DNA of 56,572 bases, counting the filler, from Sphacelaria rigidula (lineage: Eukaryota), in the NCBI GenBank assembly GCA_964200075.2. It is 5 parts of 5 records of this genome, joined end to end, with 100 filler letters (N's around TTAATTAATTAA, not from the genome) between each part and the next. Parts side by side here need not be neighbours in the genome. Positions count along the whole stretch, not along the records: positions 22,673 to 33,907 come from CAXNAA020005192.1; positions 34,008 to 45,240 come from CAXNAA020005193.1; 3 more parts are not named here. One strand, 5' to 3'. The notes below the pieces were generated by a model. That model was not told the origin of the DNA and did not search any database. It saw only the letters and a program-made list of their open reading frames with translations. The position numbers and the translations under genes were made by a program. Positions 24,947 to 37,802 of this stretch are shown here, piece by piece (position 1 is the first letter of the stretch; every line of letters begins with the position of its first letter).

Positions 24947-26499
24947 CAGATCGTACTACTGTATGATTTCACACGCTGTACGATGGATAACTGTCGAAAA
25001 AAATGTACTGCATACACATTATCGACGTATCGACTATTGCGTCTATCGCAACAGACAGGAGATTATATTCTGTTGTTCACAGTGCAGTACAGTTTTCGAT
25101 GATGTATTCTGTTGTCCAGGGGGTGGACTTCATCTAGATTCGAAACCACGGCCCAGCCGTCAAAAGGTGACGACGTTACCACCTGAGCCACCGGGGTGAC
25201 TGAATCTCTGATGACAATATTCGAGAAATTGCCAACACGGTAAATAACACACCTATTCGGGGGACGTCATGGATCAGTTCTTCTAATTACGAGCTTACAA
25301 TTCTCCCTCCGTACACACTTGTACCCAGAACAGGGTGTGCATGATGTGATGTCACATGATAATCGCAGATCGATCAATTTCATGTGGCGGTGACCTGTTC
25401 GTGTCCCCACAACCCGAAACGTGGACCGCTTTTCAGATCTTGGCCCGCTCTTTTGAGCAGGAGTGACGAACCGCTGAGTGCTTCAAAATACGCTGGACAA
25501 CAACTGTCTGTAGTACAACGGTACATCAATATTTTCCAGCTTCACTGCTTCCAGCCTCTCACATATCACAGTGCAGTACAGCGAATAGATCAGACATTAC
25601 AGCACTCCTGACACCCTTGCTTCTACCGCTGATTGCAGCACTGCGGTGTCCCCGGTCGAGAGCATCGCCGATCAAGCGGACAACGGCCAGTCGCGTTTTC
25701 AGTGACGTCCCAAATCTGCAGTGGTCGTGCGGCATCCGTCAAGTACGGGCGTCAACGACTTCCGGTCCCCCACGCTCACATCAACTTAGGTGCGCATTTT
25801 TCGCGCTTTCAAACGTGAGTAAAACAAAAGCTGTACGGGGCCCGAAGGTTTGATTACTGAATCATCAAGGCCAGGAAGAGGTCAAGCTGCAGGCGTTGCT
25901 CAGCTATTAGCGAGGTAGTTTATGTTGGATTGTGTATTTGTCGCATGCTACCATCTTCCAAATCGAGGGGGAGATCGTCGCCGACCATCTCGACTAATTC
26001 CCCCGCGTCGCAATCGTTTCCATGTCTTCTACAGGCCAGTCTGGCGTACGAGAAACTGTGGGAAGTAGAAGCGGTCGTGGGTAGGGGGGTATCATCTGGA
26101 GTGATACGCACAACGGCTTTAGCAAACAGGGTTAGGCCATCATGGCGATGGTCAGAGCAACGAAGGGAACCCCAACGGCCGGCGCCACCGTGCAGGCGGC
26201 AGTGGTGAGAACATGCAGTTGTGCTTCATACACTTCTTACGCAAAAAAAGACGCCGAGGTGGTACCGTTTTGTTGTTCTGTATCCTGTAGGGCTAACTCA
26301 CGGGACATAGCCCATTGATCGATTCTGAAAGCCTTATTTCTTTTGCAATTCTGGCGAAAGGAGAAACGGAACGGCTGCCCAGCCCTCTCGTGACTTTTAT
26401 CATCTTCATTTGAAAATGTTTTAGACAGCGCTGCCTTCCCGCACTCCAATATTGCACAGGCAGGAACGCAAAAATATTTCAGTAGCTCAGGTGATGTCC

Positions 26500-27000
26500 A
26501 GCGCAGATCAAACAGTCCCCGCAGGGTTCAAACACACCACGTTACAATGTCAGCTACAGCACACGGTGATGAGTCTGGGCACGAACCCCCTGGTTCGTTG
26601 TGGAAGACACAACGCCCAACGAACACATGCCGACATTTCGACTTTGAAAAGATGGCACTGCTTGCCGAGTACAATTATCTTGTATAAAGCTGAACACAAC
26701 AACTACTGTACAGCAGCTCGCACTGTCCAGTCCAGATCAAAACATCCTCGCAGGGCTCAAACACACCATACTACAGTGCAGTACCATCTACAGCACACGG
26801 TGATGCGTCTGGGCACGAACAAACTCATCCATGACATTTGAACTTTGGCAAGACAGAACTGAGCGCCGACTACAAATTGTATAGAGCTGGACACAACAAC
26901 ACTGCGGCCGCTTGGGCAATCCCAGTGGGGATTAAAGCGTCTTCGCAAGGTCTCAACACACTAAAGTACAGTGACAGTTACTGTACAGCACATGAGACGG
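26500..27000. repeat. Diverged tandem repeat, ~200-230-bp unit, about 2.5 copies
   Basis: cgcaggg(t/c)tcaaacacacca...ctacagcacacggtgatg.gtctgggcacgaac recurs at ~26520 and ~26748, and partially at ~26944. Confidence 0.75.
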
Positions 27001-27289
27001 GGCGTCAGCAGAGTTACTTGCTGTTTAGTGTCACGTTGTTCATCACCCCGAAAATAAGACGTGCCGGAATGAAAGAAGTTGTGTTGATACACAGCTTTAC
27101 TGCGTCTCTCAAGCTATGTCCTCGACGAAGTCTGGATCGATTCGACCTAGTAGAGCGCACAAACCAGCGGTGAATATGACTAGTATACCTCTCTCAAAGC
27201 AGAACATATAATTGTTGCTGTTCGTACAAGCCAAAAAGTCATTTTCCAAATTTCTCGTTCGTCACGCGAGATTAGACCATTTTTCACGG

Positions 27290-27587
27290 CAATCAGACTC
27301 TCGATTTGAACGAAGATGAGGATTTTAGTCCGTCTACAAACGATTTTCTCCCATGGATTGGTTTTTCGCACCCCAGTCCGTTGGACAATGTTCACCTGCT
27401 AGCGGTGAGAGAACAACATCAATTCTCCGATCAAAAGCGGGACACCACCGCATCTCCCCCGAATTTTCCCCGAATTTTCGAAAAAAAAATCGGGGGAGAT
27501 GCGGGAGTGTCCCGATTTGAGCAGAAATGAAAGAATTGCCTGCAGATGAGCTGAAATCCTCATATTTGTACATGTCGAGATTGGTTA
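27290..27587. mobile_element. Foldback/MITE-like inverted repeat
   Basis: gggacaccaccgcatctcccccga (~27439) pairs with tcgggggagatgcgggagtgtccc (~27490); atgaggattttagtccgtct (~27316) pairs with agatgagctgaaatcctcat (~27544). Confidence 0.7.
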
Positions 27588-27972
27588 CCATGTAAGATGG
27601 TCTCAGAGATGACTGACATTGCACATTTGTCAGCAAGCCTAAACACTACAGGCAGGTACAACCAGCTACGACCCATCGTTCAAGACCAACATTGCACCAG
27701 ACAACTCTCGGAATAGTGCAATATTCGCACTAGATGACCTTTACTTGACCTTGCTAGTTTTATCTGCTGCAGAGGTCTGCGCGGTAAGAACCAAGAGGAC
27801 TGGTTGGGATGCGTCTTGACAGCACAGAGCAACTTGTCTTGTCTGCAGCTGCTGTGTATCGAGATATTGCCGACTGGGCGGGTGGTGTTGAAAAATGTGA
27901 GATGCGGTGTCGCAGTGCATCAGACTATACAAGCTGAGCCAGCCTACAAGCGGGCCTGTACGTTGCGGACCC

Positions 27973-28405
27973 GTTCTCACCTCAATTTTGAGAGTTAGAT
28001 ATTCAAATTTGAGATGAAGAATCGCCAGGGTATGATGATGGAAAATTCATTTGGGGTCATCGATATTTTCCCTCATGTTTGTGACTTGGGGACGTTTTAG
28101 TGAAAACTGGCTTCCGCACTTGGTATGGGGAATCGCTGGGGGATACTAAAATATTTATTTTTTGTTTGTAGAGGTTCTTTCTTGTTTCCATGACTTTGGG
28201 GCGAAAAACAAGATCCAGTATGCTCCTTGCACCCTGTGACTACGGATTCGAAAGATCGAGCTAATGTGACGGATATAATAGTGTAAGTATCCACTGAAAC
28301 GCTCTTGAGTAATGAAAATAAAGAAGAATCTCAATGATCCAACCTTACTTCTTTATTTTCCGTAACGAATTTTAAAATCCAACCCTCAAAATTGAGAGTA
28401 GAGTA
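27973..28405. mobile_element. MITE with ~35-bp terminal inverted repeats
   Basis: Left ctcaattttgagagttagatattcaaattt matches the reverse complement of the right end, ctcaattttgagggttggattttaaaattc. Confidence 0.65.
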
Positions 28406-28871
28406 GGTGACTCGGAGCCTGAGCCGGAATTATCGTGCCCTGCTGTACTCGTTGAGACGGTTCCAGGACACCTTTTTGCGATGGCAGCAGTTTTTTTCTT
28501 GGCCAAACCTGAATTTTTCTCGAAGACCGCACATTCCTCTCGGACATCAATTAATTAACCTCCGTACTGCACTGCACTATAGTGCACTGTGGTGTGCTGG
28601 GTTGTACTGGGTTGTACTGTTTGTACTACATCAGGCGCTCCAGAGCGTCCATGTACTGGTGTGGAGCAAAATTAAACCTTTCAAACTTTAGTCACCTGAT
28701 TTCATCTCCGGCATGGATGGATTCCCGCGAATCCATTAGCAGTGGAAAGCTTTGCTCTCTAGATGGTGAAACACTCCTCCGTGTCTCTGCCGGTTGCGTC
28801 ACGCGAGCGCGGTGCTCTCCCAAAACACCGGAGGCCAGGTCTCACAAGGAGGGCGGGTGGTGTTCACCCTA

Positions 28872-29779
28872 CAGTAGTTTGCAGCTGAGATGGAGGATTT
28901 TTGTAATATTTTCGTAGTCAGCGATTTTCAGTGTTTTGTTTTCGCGTGCCACCGCTCATCCCAGTGAACGTTTGATCCAAATTTTGGGGGATCGAGGAAT
29001 TCTAGGCGTCCGCTCCACATTCCGAAACAAAATCATATCTGCACTCAATATTGAACGGCCAATGAGCTGACCGGTTTTCAGGGGTCCTGCGACTATCAGC
29101 CCCAGGTTCTGACTCTGGAGTATTTTTGCTCGATTGAAGCAATCCCGCTCGTGCTCGGGAAAAAATGAAAGTGAATACTTCTGTGAATTTTTACCTGTTC
29201 ATTGCGATAGAGCTAAAAAACTGTGTTTGTTGGTCCAGTGACGATCAACAGCACCCCCTGATAAACGAGGCACTTACTCTGTATCACTCGATAACACCAA
29301 TTTAGGATTGTAGCCTAGGCGCGACCTGCTTATTTTCCCAATACCTATCGACGCTAGGGTTTTCGAGTGCTCAGGAATAATATTATACGAAAAAAAATCA
29401 GAGAAGTACCCAACGACGAAAATTGCCCAGCCGAGCTTTGCAGTGCATATCGAGGGGGTGGACCAACCGAGATCGCTCTCGTGAATGATTTCACAACTTG
29501 AAAAAAACATTTCACGTATTCATCGCATATAGCCGAAAACAAATGTTTTTAAGACAAAAAACGGGCAATAGTACCACCTGTTAACGTAGGCCGTAAGTCA
29601 TTCAATATTGAGCGCAGAGACGATTTCTGTCCCGGAATGTGGGGCGAATGCCTAGCATCTCCCGATCCCCAAACTTCGGGATCAAACGTTTACTTGGATG
29701 AGCGATGGCACGCAAAAAAACTAATAAAATCGTCGACTGCCATTTTTTTTTAATCCCCTGTCTCAACTGCAAAGTACTC
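28872..29779. mobile_element. Tc1/mariner-type MITE with ~190-bp inverted arms and TA target duplication
   Basis: TA|cagtagtttgcagctgaga ... tctcaactgcaaagtactc|TA. Arms 28872-29070 and ~29590-29779 are reverse complements (gtgccaccgctcatcc, aacgtttgatcc, ccacattccg, ctcaatattgaa). Confidence 0.75.
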
Positions 29780-30894
29780 TAGTCCCATGGATTTTGCAAT
29801 TACTCGTTGCAGACAGTATTGACTTGATGAAACATAATTTCCCCTCTGGTAAAACACTAGTCAAAATGTTTGCGCTGCAGAACATGAATCATAACATGTC
29901 CCATAGTTTGGTTGTGTACCCAATTTTGAACAACTCCTCATTTTGACCAGAAACCAGCCCGCTGCCCCCGCCGATCAAAATGAAAAGTCGTTGGGATCGC
30001 TTTCGCGCAAAATCGTCACTGCTTTTCCCCGTAACTTACGGTGTTGCATGTGCGCGATTTTGATTTTGAATGAATCCCAATAGGAGTTGACCCAGAGCCT
30101 GAAACGAAAGCCTGGTACATGTTCACTCACATACCCGTTCAGGAACCATCCCCTTCCGTCCCCGAGCCAGACGCCTCATTGTTTCAATTCCTGACAATGA
30201 ATAAAAGATGGGAACAGCAAAGACCCACCGGAACCATTTTTACGGCGAAGGGCCACAGAAGAATCCACGATCATGCGTCATGCGCGCACCGGAAATGTCA
30301 CGGTGGTGCGGTCGGGTTGTTTTCGTCCGATGAGGGGACGCAACGGATCAAGTGTGTTCAACTTTTGGCATAGAACCAGGAGGAGCACTGGACTGTCTGA
30401 ACATATTACAATCAAAAATCAACACTAACTCTGTTTACATACTGAGTCCCGTACTGCACTGGGGCACGTTTTTATACGGGTCTGAAAAACACGCCTCGGG
30501 CTAATAGTTTTGCGTGAAACCTAAAAAAAACTCAACCATGCCTAGTTCAAGAAAACAGCACGTCGAAATCCACACTTTTCCATCGCCAGTGCCAGATGTG
30601 TTGACGTGTCTATTTGCTGTTTTGCTGTTGCTGTTTTTGCTGCGCAAGTCCGACGCCAAAAAGTGGAGGCCTTGAATGTACTGTCGTAGGTACACAAATT
30701 GCGTGGCGTATGTACAGAACCGTTAATCGTACAGAGGTACGTTCCGGTTCGTCGAGAAACTCTCACAGTCGAGACTGTAAACATTAAACGTTTGTTTGTG
30801 GGACCCTCCCCGCCTACCCCCGCCCGAGTGAGATGTCTCGAAGGGCAGGTTGGGTAGGGTATGTGCTTTTGAATACTCTGGTAAGATACCCGGA

Positions 30895-32810
30895 TATTTA
30901 CCCTCAGCGTTTGGGTAGATTGGGTATGGCCTCAATACTCGACTCAAATTTTGGGTGGATCGGGTATGGCCTCGAATACTCTGCCCAGATTTTGGGTAGA
31001 TTGAGTACGACCTCAAATACTCTACCCAATAATGGGGGAGCACTCTTCGCAATACCTGGGTATGGAATATCACTTGGGCATGACCTGAATACTCCACCCA
31101 ATTTTTGGGTAGATTGGGTATGGCCTCATATACTCCACTCAATTTTTCAGTAGATTGAGTACGACCTCAAATACTCTACCGAATATTGAGTAAGTACTCT
31201 CAGTAATACTTGTGTATACAGTATCACTTCGGTATGACCTCAATACTGTACCCCAAATTGGGAATATTGAGTATGACATCAAAATACTCTACCCAAAGTT
31301 TGGATAGATCGGGTATGACCTCAAATACTGTGCCCAATATTTGGTGAATGATCTCAGTTCTACTCAGGTATAGAGTATCACTTGGGTATGATGAGTAACC
31401 GTGACCGTTGGCGACTTCGTGACTTCACTTCACGGGCTATGTCGGATATGTGGGCGAACGGTGGCCATGAAGAAACAAAAAAAAAAGTGTTCCGGTGCAT
31501 GAGACTACCTGCCCCTCCCTGCCCCACCCCCGGCAGTACATACCCATACCCATACTGCATACTTCGCATCCTGTTCGGTATCAGTTTCAGTACAAAGCGC
31601 TACTCATCACCATTGTGTAATCGATTAGACGGGTAGTCGGATAGGTATTGTAAAAATGAGCGACTCTCCGTGCCGCACATTTGACTTGCCTGTGGGAGAC
31701 CCAGTGGTGGAAACGGTGGAAGATGTAGGAACACCGCAACAGTCGCGAGGGAAAACAGTGATAGACCTGACCCCAGAACAGACCCCGGTGGTCCGTATCG
31801 TACAGGTGGCTTGTGTATCTTGGATATGAACTTGAATGCTAGAGTTATCCCCAAGGTTTAGGCATACTGGGTCCAGCTTCAGCTACTGTACCCAAATTTT
31901 GGGTAGATTGGGTACGACCACGAATACTCTACCCAAAATTTGGGAGATTGGGTACTACCTCGAATACTACCCAATATTGGGTAAGCACTGTTCGCAATTC
32001 CTGGGTATAGAGTATAAGCTGGGCATAACGGCAAACTGAAAATGTACCGGGACAAAACTTGCTTAACTAAATTAGCGGGCGGAGCTCGCACCACACGTCA
32101 GACTTTCCACACATAAATAAGGTAACCCAAGGTGACTGGAACAAAGCGCGACTATGGCCGAGCGTTCAAACTCGGCACTCGCCCCAAATTGAGGACCTGT
32201 CCAAAATCAGGCGGAGGACTCAAAGATGGTACATGTCCTGTTTCACTATACCGCAGCAAAAACACACTTTCGCCCTCGCTCATGTGTTGGAGCTTTCACT
32301 GTCTATACTCGGTTGTGTTGACGCATTGCGAACACGGTTTGGATTGCATGAACTGCGATATTGTCTTTGTGTTCGTCTCTGCAGAAAACAATGTTAGTCG
32401 GCACGCAGTGCTGGCTGCACACTGTTGGAAGCTTCATGAGTGTGCTGACTGTTTCGTCTTCGGTAAGACAAACAACGCTCTGCCCGGCGCTGCGACACTC
32501 CTGCTGGTGTTGTGCGTTCGGGCCGGATACTGGACTGTTTTACCGTCTTGTCTTCAGTGTACTGTACTGTAATATGTACTATTTACTCTACCCAAATTTT
32601 GGGTAAAGTGGGTACAGCGTTTATACTCTCCCCAAAAATTGGATATGAACGACCTCAAATACTCTACCCAGTATTGGGTAAGTACTCCCAGTGATACGTA
32701 AGTATAGAGTATCACTTGGGTATGACCTCAATACATGACCTCGAATACTGTACACAAAGTTTGGGTAAATTGGGTACGATCTCGAATGCTCCACCCAACT
32801 TTTGGGTACT
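30895..32810. repeat. ~41-bp palindromic repeat array in three blocks (~30895-31392, ~31850-32020, ~32575-32810)
   Basis: Approximate consensus tactctacccaaattttgggtagattgggtatgacctcgaa, with an internal hairpin ctacccaaa/tttgggtag and a periodic longer unit ending gtatcacttgggtatga. Confidence 0.85.
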
Positions 32811-32812
32811 GA

Positions 32813-33281
32813 GGCTACTTGTTATGTATAAAAAAATAAAACTTGTTGAAAAGTGCATTTTTTGGCCCTTCTCCGTCGCTTTTTCCCCGAGAAGAGGGCT
32901 GGGCGGATGTTGACACCTTGGAATGACTTGCTCTACTCGCTGAGACAGTTCCAGAGCACCTTTGCGTTTCCCGTAGGTCATGGTTTCGTTCTTCGCCAAA
33001 CTTGCATTTTCAATAACAAACGGTCAAGTTACCAAAAAATTAAAAAATTGCAGCATTTTTTTTTACTCGCCCGTCTGTTGCTGAAAATGCAAGTTTGGCC
33101 AAAAACGAAACTGTGCCCTACGGAAAACTCAAGGATGTTCTAAAACGGTCTCAGCGAGTAGAGCAAGTCATTCCAAGGTGTCGACATCCGCCTAGCCCTA
33201 TTTTCGGGGGAAAAACGACTGAGAAGGGCTAACAATGCACTTTTCAACAGGTTTAAGTTTTTGATAACATGAGAAGTAGCC
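32813..33281. mobile_element. Foldback MITE (~215-bp arms, GGCTACTT...AAGTAGCC) nested in the hAT element
   Basis: gacaccttggaatgacttgctctactcgctgagac and its reverse complement; also tgttgaaaagtgcatt/aatgcacttttcaaca and gccaaacttgcattttca/tgaaaatgcaagtttggc. Confidence 0.88.
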
Positions 33282-33907
33282 CAAGAGTATGGCTTTTCAA
33301 AAATACCGGGTATTGGGTTTACCCTACCCGACCTGCCCTTGGATGTCTCAATATCCACATCCTCACAAGGTTTTCGATAGAAGACAGGAGCGGCCTGCCC
33401 TTGGATGTCTCGAGATGCGCATACAACGCAGGGCCCCCGCTTTAGTCGGGCCAATTTCGCCCCAAGAGTAGCACGCGCTGGGTGGAATGTGTCTTATCGT
33501 GTTGCTGTCTTATTTATTTTTAAACAACAGTAGAAAACTCCCCTTGTGAAGCCATTGACCTCCAATATCGTTTCGGAACCAAGCTCCTGCCGCATACTTT
33601 CGATTTCATTCTGCTGTTTCATGAACGGAACCCGATCGTAACAGTAAGTGAATCAATAACGCATTTCTCGCTGATGCGATATCTTCTCCCCCCCCCCTAA
33701 ATACACTTTTAAATACACTTTTGCTTGGCCTGTGGTTTGCACATCGGGGCGATTCCTCGCCACCTTCTCTCACCATGAAGACCCGAACCAATCACAAACA
33801 CGCTCACCCCTATCATCCCCCCCCCCCCCCTCACTCGGTTGGGTTCGCTCCCTTGCCACTCCGGAAAAAAAAACGTTTGAACAAAATATTTGCCGGCGGC
33901 CCCAGAA

Positions 33908-34007
33908 NNNNNNNNNNNNNNNNNNNNNNNNNNNNNNNNNNNNNNNNNNNNTTAATTAATTAANNNNNNNNNNNNNNNNNNNNNNNNNNNNNNNNNNNNN
34001 NNNNNNN
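33908..34007. other. Artificial contig linker N44-TTAATTAATTAA-N44
   Basis: Seen directly. Confidence 0.98.
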
Positions 34008-37000
34008 GGTGACCAGCCTACCGCATATTAACGCACACCATCAAGCGAGTTTGTAGAGCCTTGTCATCCGACGGAATCCACAAGACATCACTGCTGCCAG
34101 CACTCACGCGAAACAAACCATCTTCAGCCAAAGCAGCTTGACTGAAAGTCGTGGGAAAAGAATGAACACCGTCGCCGACTGTTTTGCGCTGCGCGGTACG
34201 AATGACATCTAACGAGTGCAGCGAATCATCGGCATCACACGGGCTGTACACGGCAACAGAACGAACAGGCACGGTGGGAACCTCCACCCAGCGAGACAAC
34301 AGATCTCCCCAACGATTGCGCTCTTCAGGAATGTGTTCGATGGCATACCGATATTGGCCGAGCACTCCTTTCCAATTTTCAAGCTGTTGAGCCATGGCCT
34401 TGGTCGCCGATGTGACACACTCTTCGGGGGTTAAAATATGTATTATTTCAGATTGCGGTGATCGGTGAAACGCGAACACCACCCCGAAGCAAGTGCTCTA
34501 GCCTTCGAAACGTATTGACTATCGCAAAACCTTCCTTGTCCACTGTCGCCCACCGCAACTGTGAACCTTTAAAGCTATCATTCAGGACAGCAAACGGTGC
34601 GTGTGACAGGTTTTCGAGCGCAATGCCACTACTGAACTCGGCGACAGGTACTTGCCTTAAAAAACTTCCCCAGTGGAAATCCGAAGCATCTGGAAACATC
34701 AGAACAACGCACCCTGGACGAGGATGATACAGCAGCACCGCTTGCGCCACTAAACCTTACGCAGCACGCCATGCCCGCACATGATCCTCCGTCCAAGCGT
34801 CCTCCGGGATGATACGATTACGCGCCACCCGCTTGGTCCGACGCGAAGCCCCGACCATAAGTTGTTCCAAGAACACACGAAGCGGTACCACTACTTCCGC
34901 CGTGCGCGGGAGCGAAGTCCGCAACCAATTCAACGCCTGCAGAAACCGCATCAGCTCACTAGTGGTTGGAGGACGTCGCATTTGCTCAAACCTTGGATAC
35001 GGACAGGATCAGTACTCTTGGAGTACACCCTACCACACCAAACCACTTCGCGTGCCAAAAAGGTTCACTAATGCACAGCGACGAACAGACCAACACTCTC
35101 CAGGCGGCCAAGAATTTTGTCAAGCCAAGCCAACAATGTTTCTTCGGTGTCAGCAAAATAGAAAACGCCATCCGCCCAGTTTAGACCTCGCAAAATGTCA
35201 GTCAGCACACCTTGGAAATACGCCGTGGCGTTCAACACGACCTGTGTGACACGAGTAGGCGTACAAAAAACGTCAGTCGTGACGATCGTGAAGATCTCCC
35301 GAGCCTCCGGCGCCAGAGGCATCTACCAATACCTGTGGAAGAGGTCCAACTTGCCGAAGCATTGGGCTCCTAGCAACTCCCGCATGTCTTCTTGGCTTGG
35401 CATCACCCCTGGAGACTCTTCCACTTGCGCGTTCACCGCCTGATAGTCGCTGACCAAACAAAACCACACAGCCTGGATGTTCCTGACTAAGAAACCAAAC
35501 GCCACCAAAGCTGCGATGTATGAAGCAAGCCATCCGGTCTTCACCGGATCGTAACGTCTGGGCGTGGCCTTCACAGCCTTTGCCTGTGGCTTGAGGTGCA
35601 CCCTGATGGGCTCCACGCGCGCTGGCGGATCACCACGCAGTGCACGACGAAAGGTATCCACGCGACGAGCCGAAATATCACGCAGACAATATGCGCCATC
35701 AGCGCTCAGGCCCTTCTGCTCGGCCTGCTGCACGCTATCCTCAAGCGCACCTTCTCTGGCACCTCTCTCCGCCGCTGGGTCCATGAGCATGTCGGGGCCC
35801 CGATCGACCAAGCGCTCCATCGCTTCATCCGCAGAAGCCTCCTCCTCACTGGCGCTCTGGAATGACAGTATGGCTACGGAGACACGCCTCGCAGCAAGAT
35901 AGCTGGGATTCTTCACGCCATTTTGCACCGGCATAGCATGCGGGCGTAACTTATCCAACGCCAGCGGATACAAATCAGTCCCGAGCTCCTTCATCGTCAC
36001 CATCCCAAGCAGAACCACGGTGTCCCTGCCGGGTATGACAGCGAAAGTGATGGGCTGCAACCCCACAGCCCCCCACGGCATGGGCACGCCAACAGCAATC
36101 GGCACCCTTTTATATGTAACCGTCACGGGAGCACCCGTGACGGTCTGCGCCGTTTGCGATCCATTTCTGACGGAAGCTGCAGCTGAGCGCCGCCGAACTG
36201 CGAAGACATTTGTTCTAGCAACCCCACACCGATCGACGTGAGCGCAGACCGAGAATCCAGAATAACGCGGGCCATGAACGAACCCACGGAACCACGCAAG
36301 GAAAGGTCTGCGCATAAACACTCTGCGTTGCCATCGACAGGTACCCCACCTGCCGAAGAACCCTGCTCGGTACCAAGAGTCACCTGACGCCATGGCTACG
36401 CTCCAGCACTGGGCATTGATAATTGAGAATCGATGGTCGACCCAGACCACGTCGCCGAATATGCAGATGGCGCTTTCATAGCCGTTGCAGCAGTAGGAGA
36501 TGCACCAGACACGGATCTTGCCTGGCCGAGGGGTTGCGAACTATTCGCCAGCACTCCCTACCGAAGTATTTGCACCTCCCACGTACACTGTCCACCCTGA
36601 CACGGACGAACCAGAAGATCCAAAGTCACCACTTGATGACGTACTGGAAAAAACAGCAGCGGAGTAATCACCATCTGCCGCCGATTAATTGCTACCCCTG
36701 CCGCCGCGCCCGCGTCCATGGTTGACACGGCCCCGTCCACTGTGACGACCGCCTCGAGATCCTGATGAATCTCGCGCATTACCCTTTGCAGCGTCTTGAG
36801 GGCGAGGCTTGGGACAGTCCTTATTCAGGTGTCCGTTGTCGCCGCAGTTGTTACACGCGCGAGCGGACGACGCTCGCGAAGACGGCTGCTGTTTATGTTG
36901 CCGCTGTTGTTTGCGGCGTGCACCACCTGCACTTGCCGCAGAATCGCGCCGGCCATGCGCCTCAATGGACTTCCAGTGGTCGGTGATATCAAATATTTTG

Positions 37001-37452
37001 TTGAACACCACGGTCGGATTATTTTTTCAGCCGTCTACATACGTGAGTACGCTTCTAACATACGCCTTGAATTCCGGAGGCGAAATCCCGTCCACCAAAG
37101 CTGTGGAAACCGACTCGGCCAGGCCTGGCAACCAGCTCCTGTCCTCCGCATGGTACATGGCTTTAACCGTGAGATTTTCAGCGAAATTTTTTTCCATCGA
37201 TGAGTTAACCATCATCGCTCTACCCTTAACGGATGTTCCACCACTTTGCTGCATTGTAAACACTCTACGCAGGTCTGCTGCAGCCCGCGCAGTATCATGT
37301 TTGCCGCCGGTTGTGGTGTACCCGGCATGCTGCTTCACAGCATCTAGCAATGCCTCGAGGGTCATAGCACGACGGTCCTTGTACATGCCTTCAAAGCATC
37401 GATGAATGTATACGAAGTATAGGGATGGGTTGTCCAATGCTAACCCTTGCAT
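34008..37452 (-). mobile_element. Decayed Ty3/gypsy LTR retrotransposon gag-pol (integrase lost at the contig end)
   Basis: Order gag (37027..37452), CCHC knuckle CNNCGDNGHLNKDCP (~36810-36860), protease VILDSRSALTSIG (~36230-36270), RT (GKLDLFHRYW*MPL...PTRVTQVVLNATAYFQ), RNase H (MFPDASDFHWGSFL...WATVDKEGFAIV...IEHIPEERNRWGDLLSRW). Many stops and frameshifts. Confidence 0.92.
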
Positions 37453-37802
37453 GCTTTACAACTCCTTGTGCATTTGCAAGGTACACACGCTCTTCGTGAT
37501 CAAGATATGCGGCCTAAAAATTGCGTGATGCTACCTCAGTCCGCACCTCGCCATACTTTGGCGGGTCTAGCGGCTCACCTAAAACCAGCGGCGCTGCCGC
37601 CGCTTGAGTCATGTTTTCTAGGACTCAAACACTTCACGGAGAGACTCTTGTCTGACTTGTGCGTCCGCCAGCCCACGGAGCATCCTCCACCGCTGTGCGC
37701 TTCAAGTTGGCCGCCTTCCGCCTGCAGGCCAAACGGCTTCTAGTTGCGGCCGCTTTTCCTCAGCCAAACTCCTCCAACAGAATGCCGAGGATAATATCTA
37801 GA

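Larger units (their letters stand above)
30840..33341. mobile_element. Non-autonomous hAT-type element with ~22-bp TIRs and 8-bp TSD GATGTCTC, carrying nested insertions
   Basis: Left gaagggcaggttgggtagggta, right taccctacccgacctgcccttg. Identical GATGTCTC at 30832-30839 and 33342-33349. Confidence 0.85.

Noticed and set aside
30895-32810. CRISPR-like array of palindromic repeats
   Set aside because: Units are directly adjacent and degenerate with no unique spacers, there are no cas genes, and the array lies within hAT TIRs and a TSD in eukaryotic DNA.
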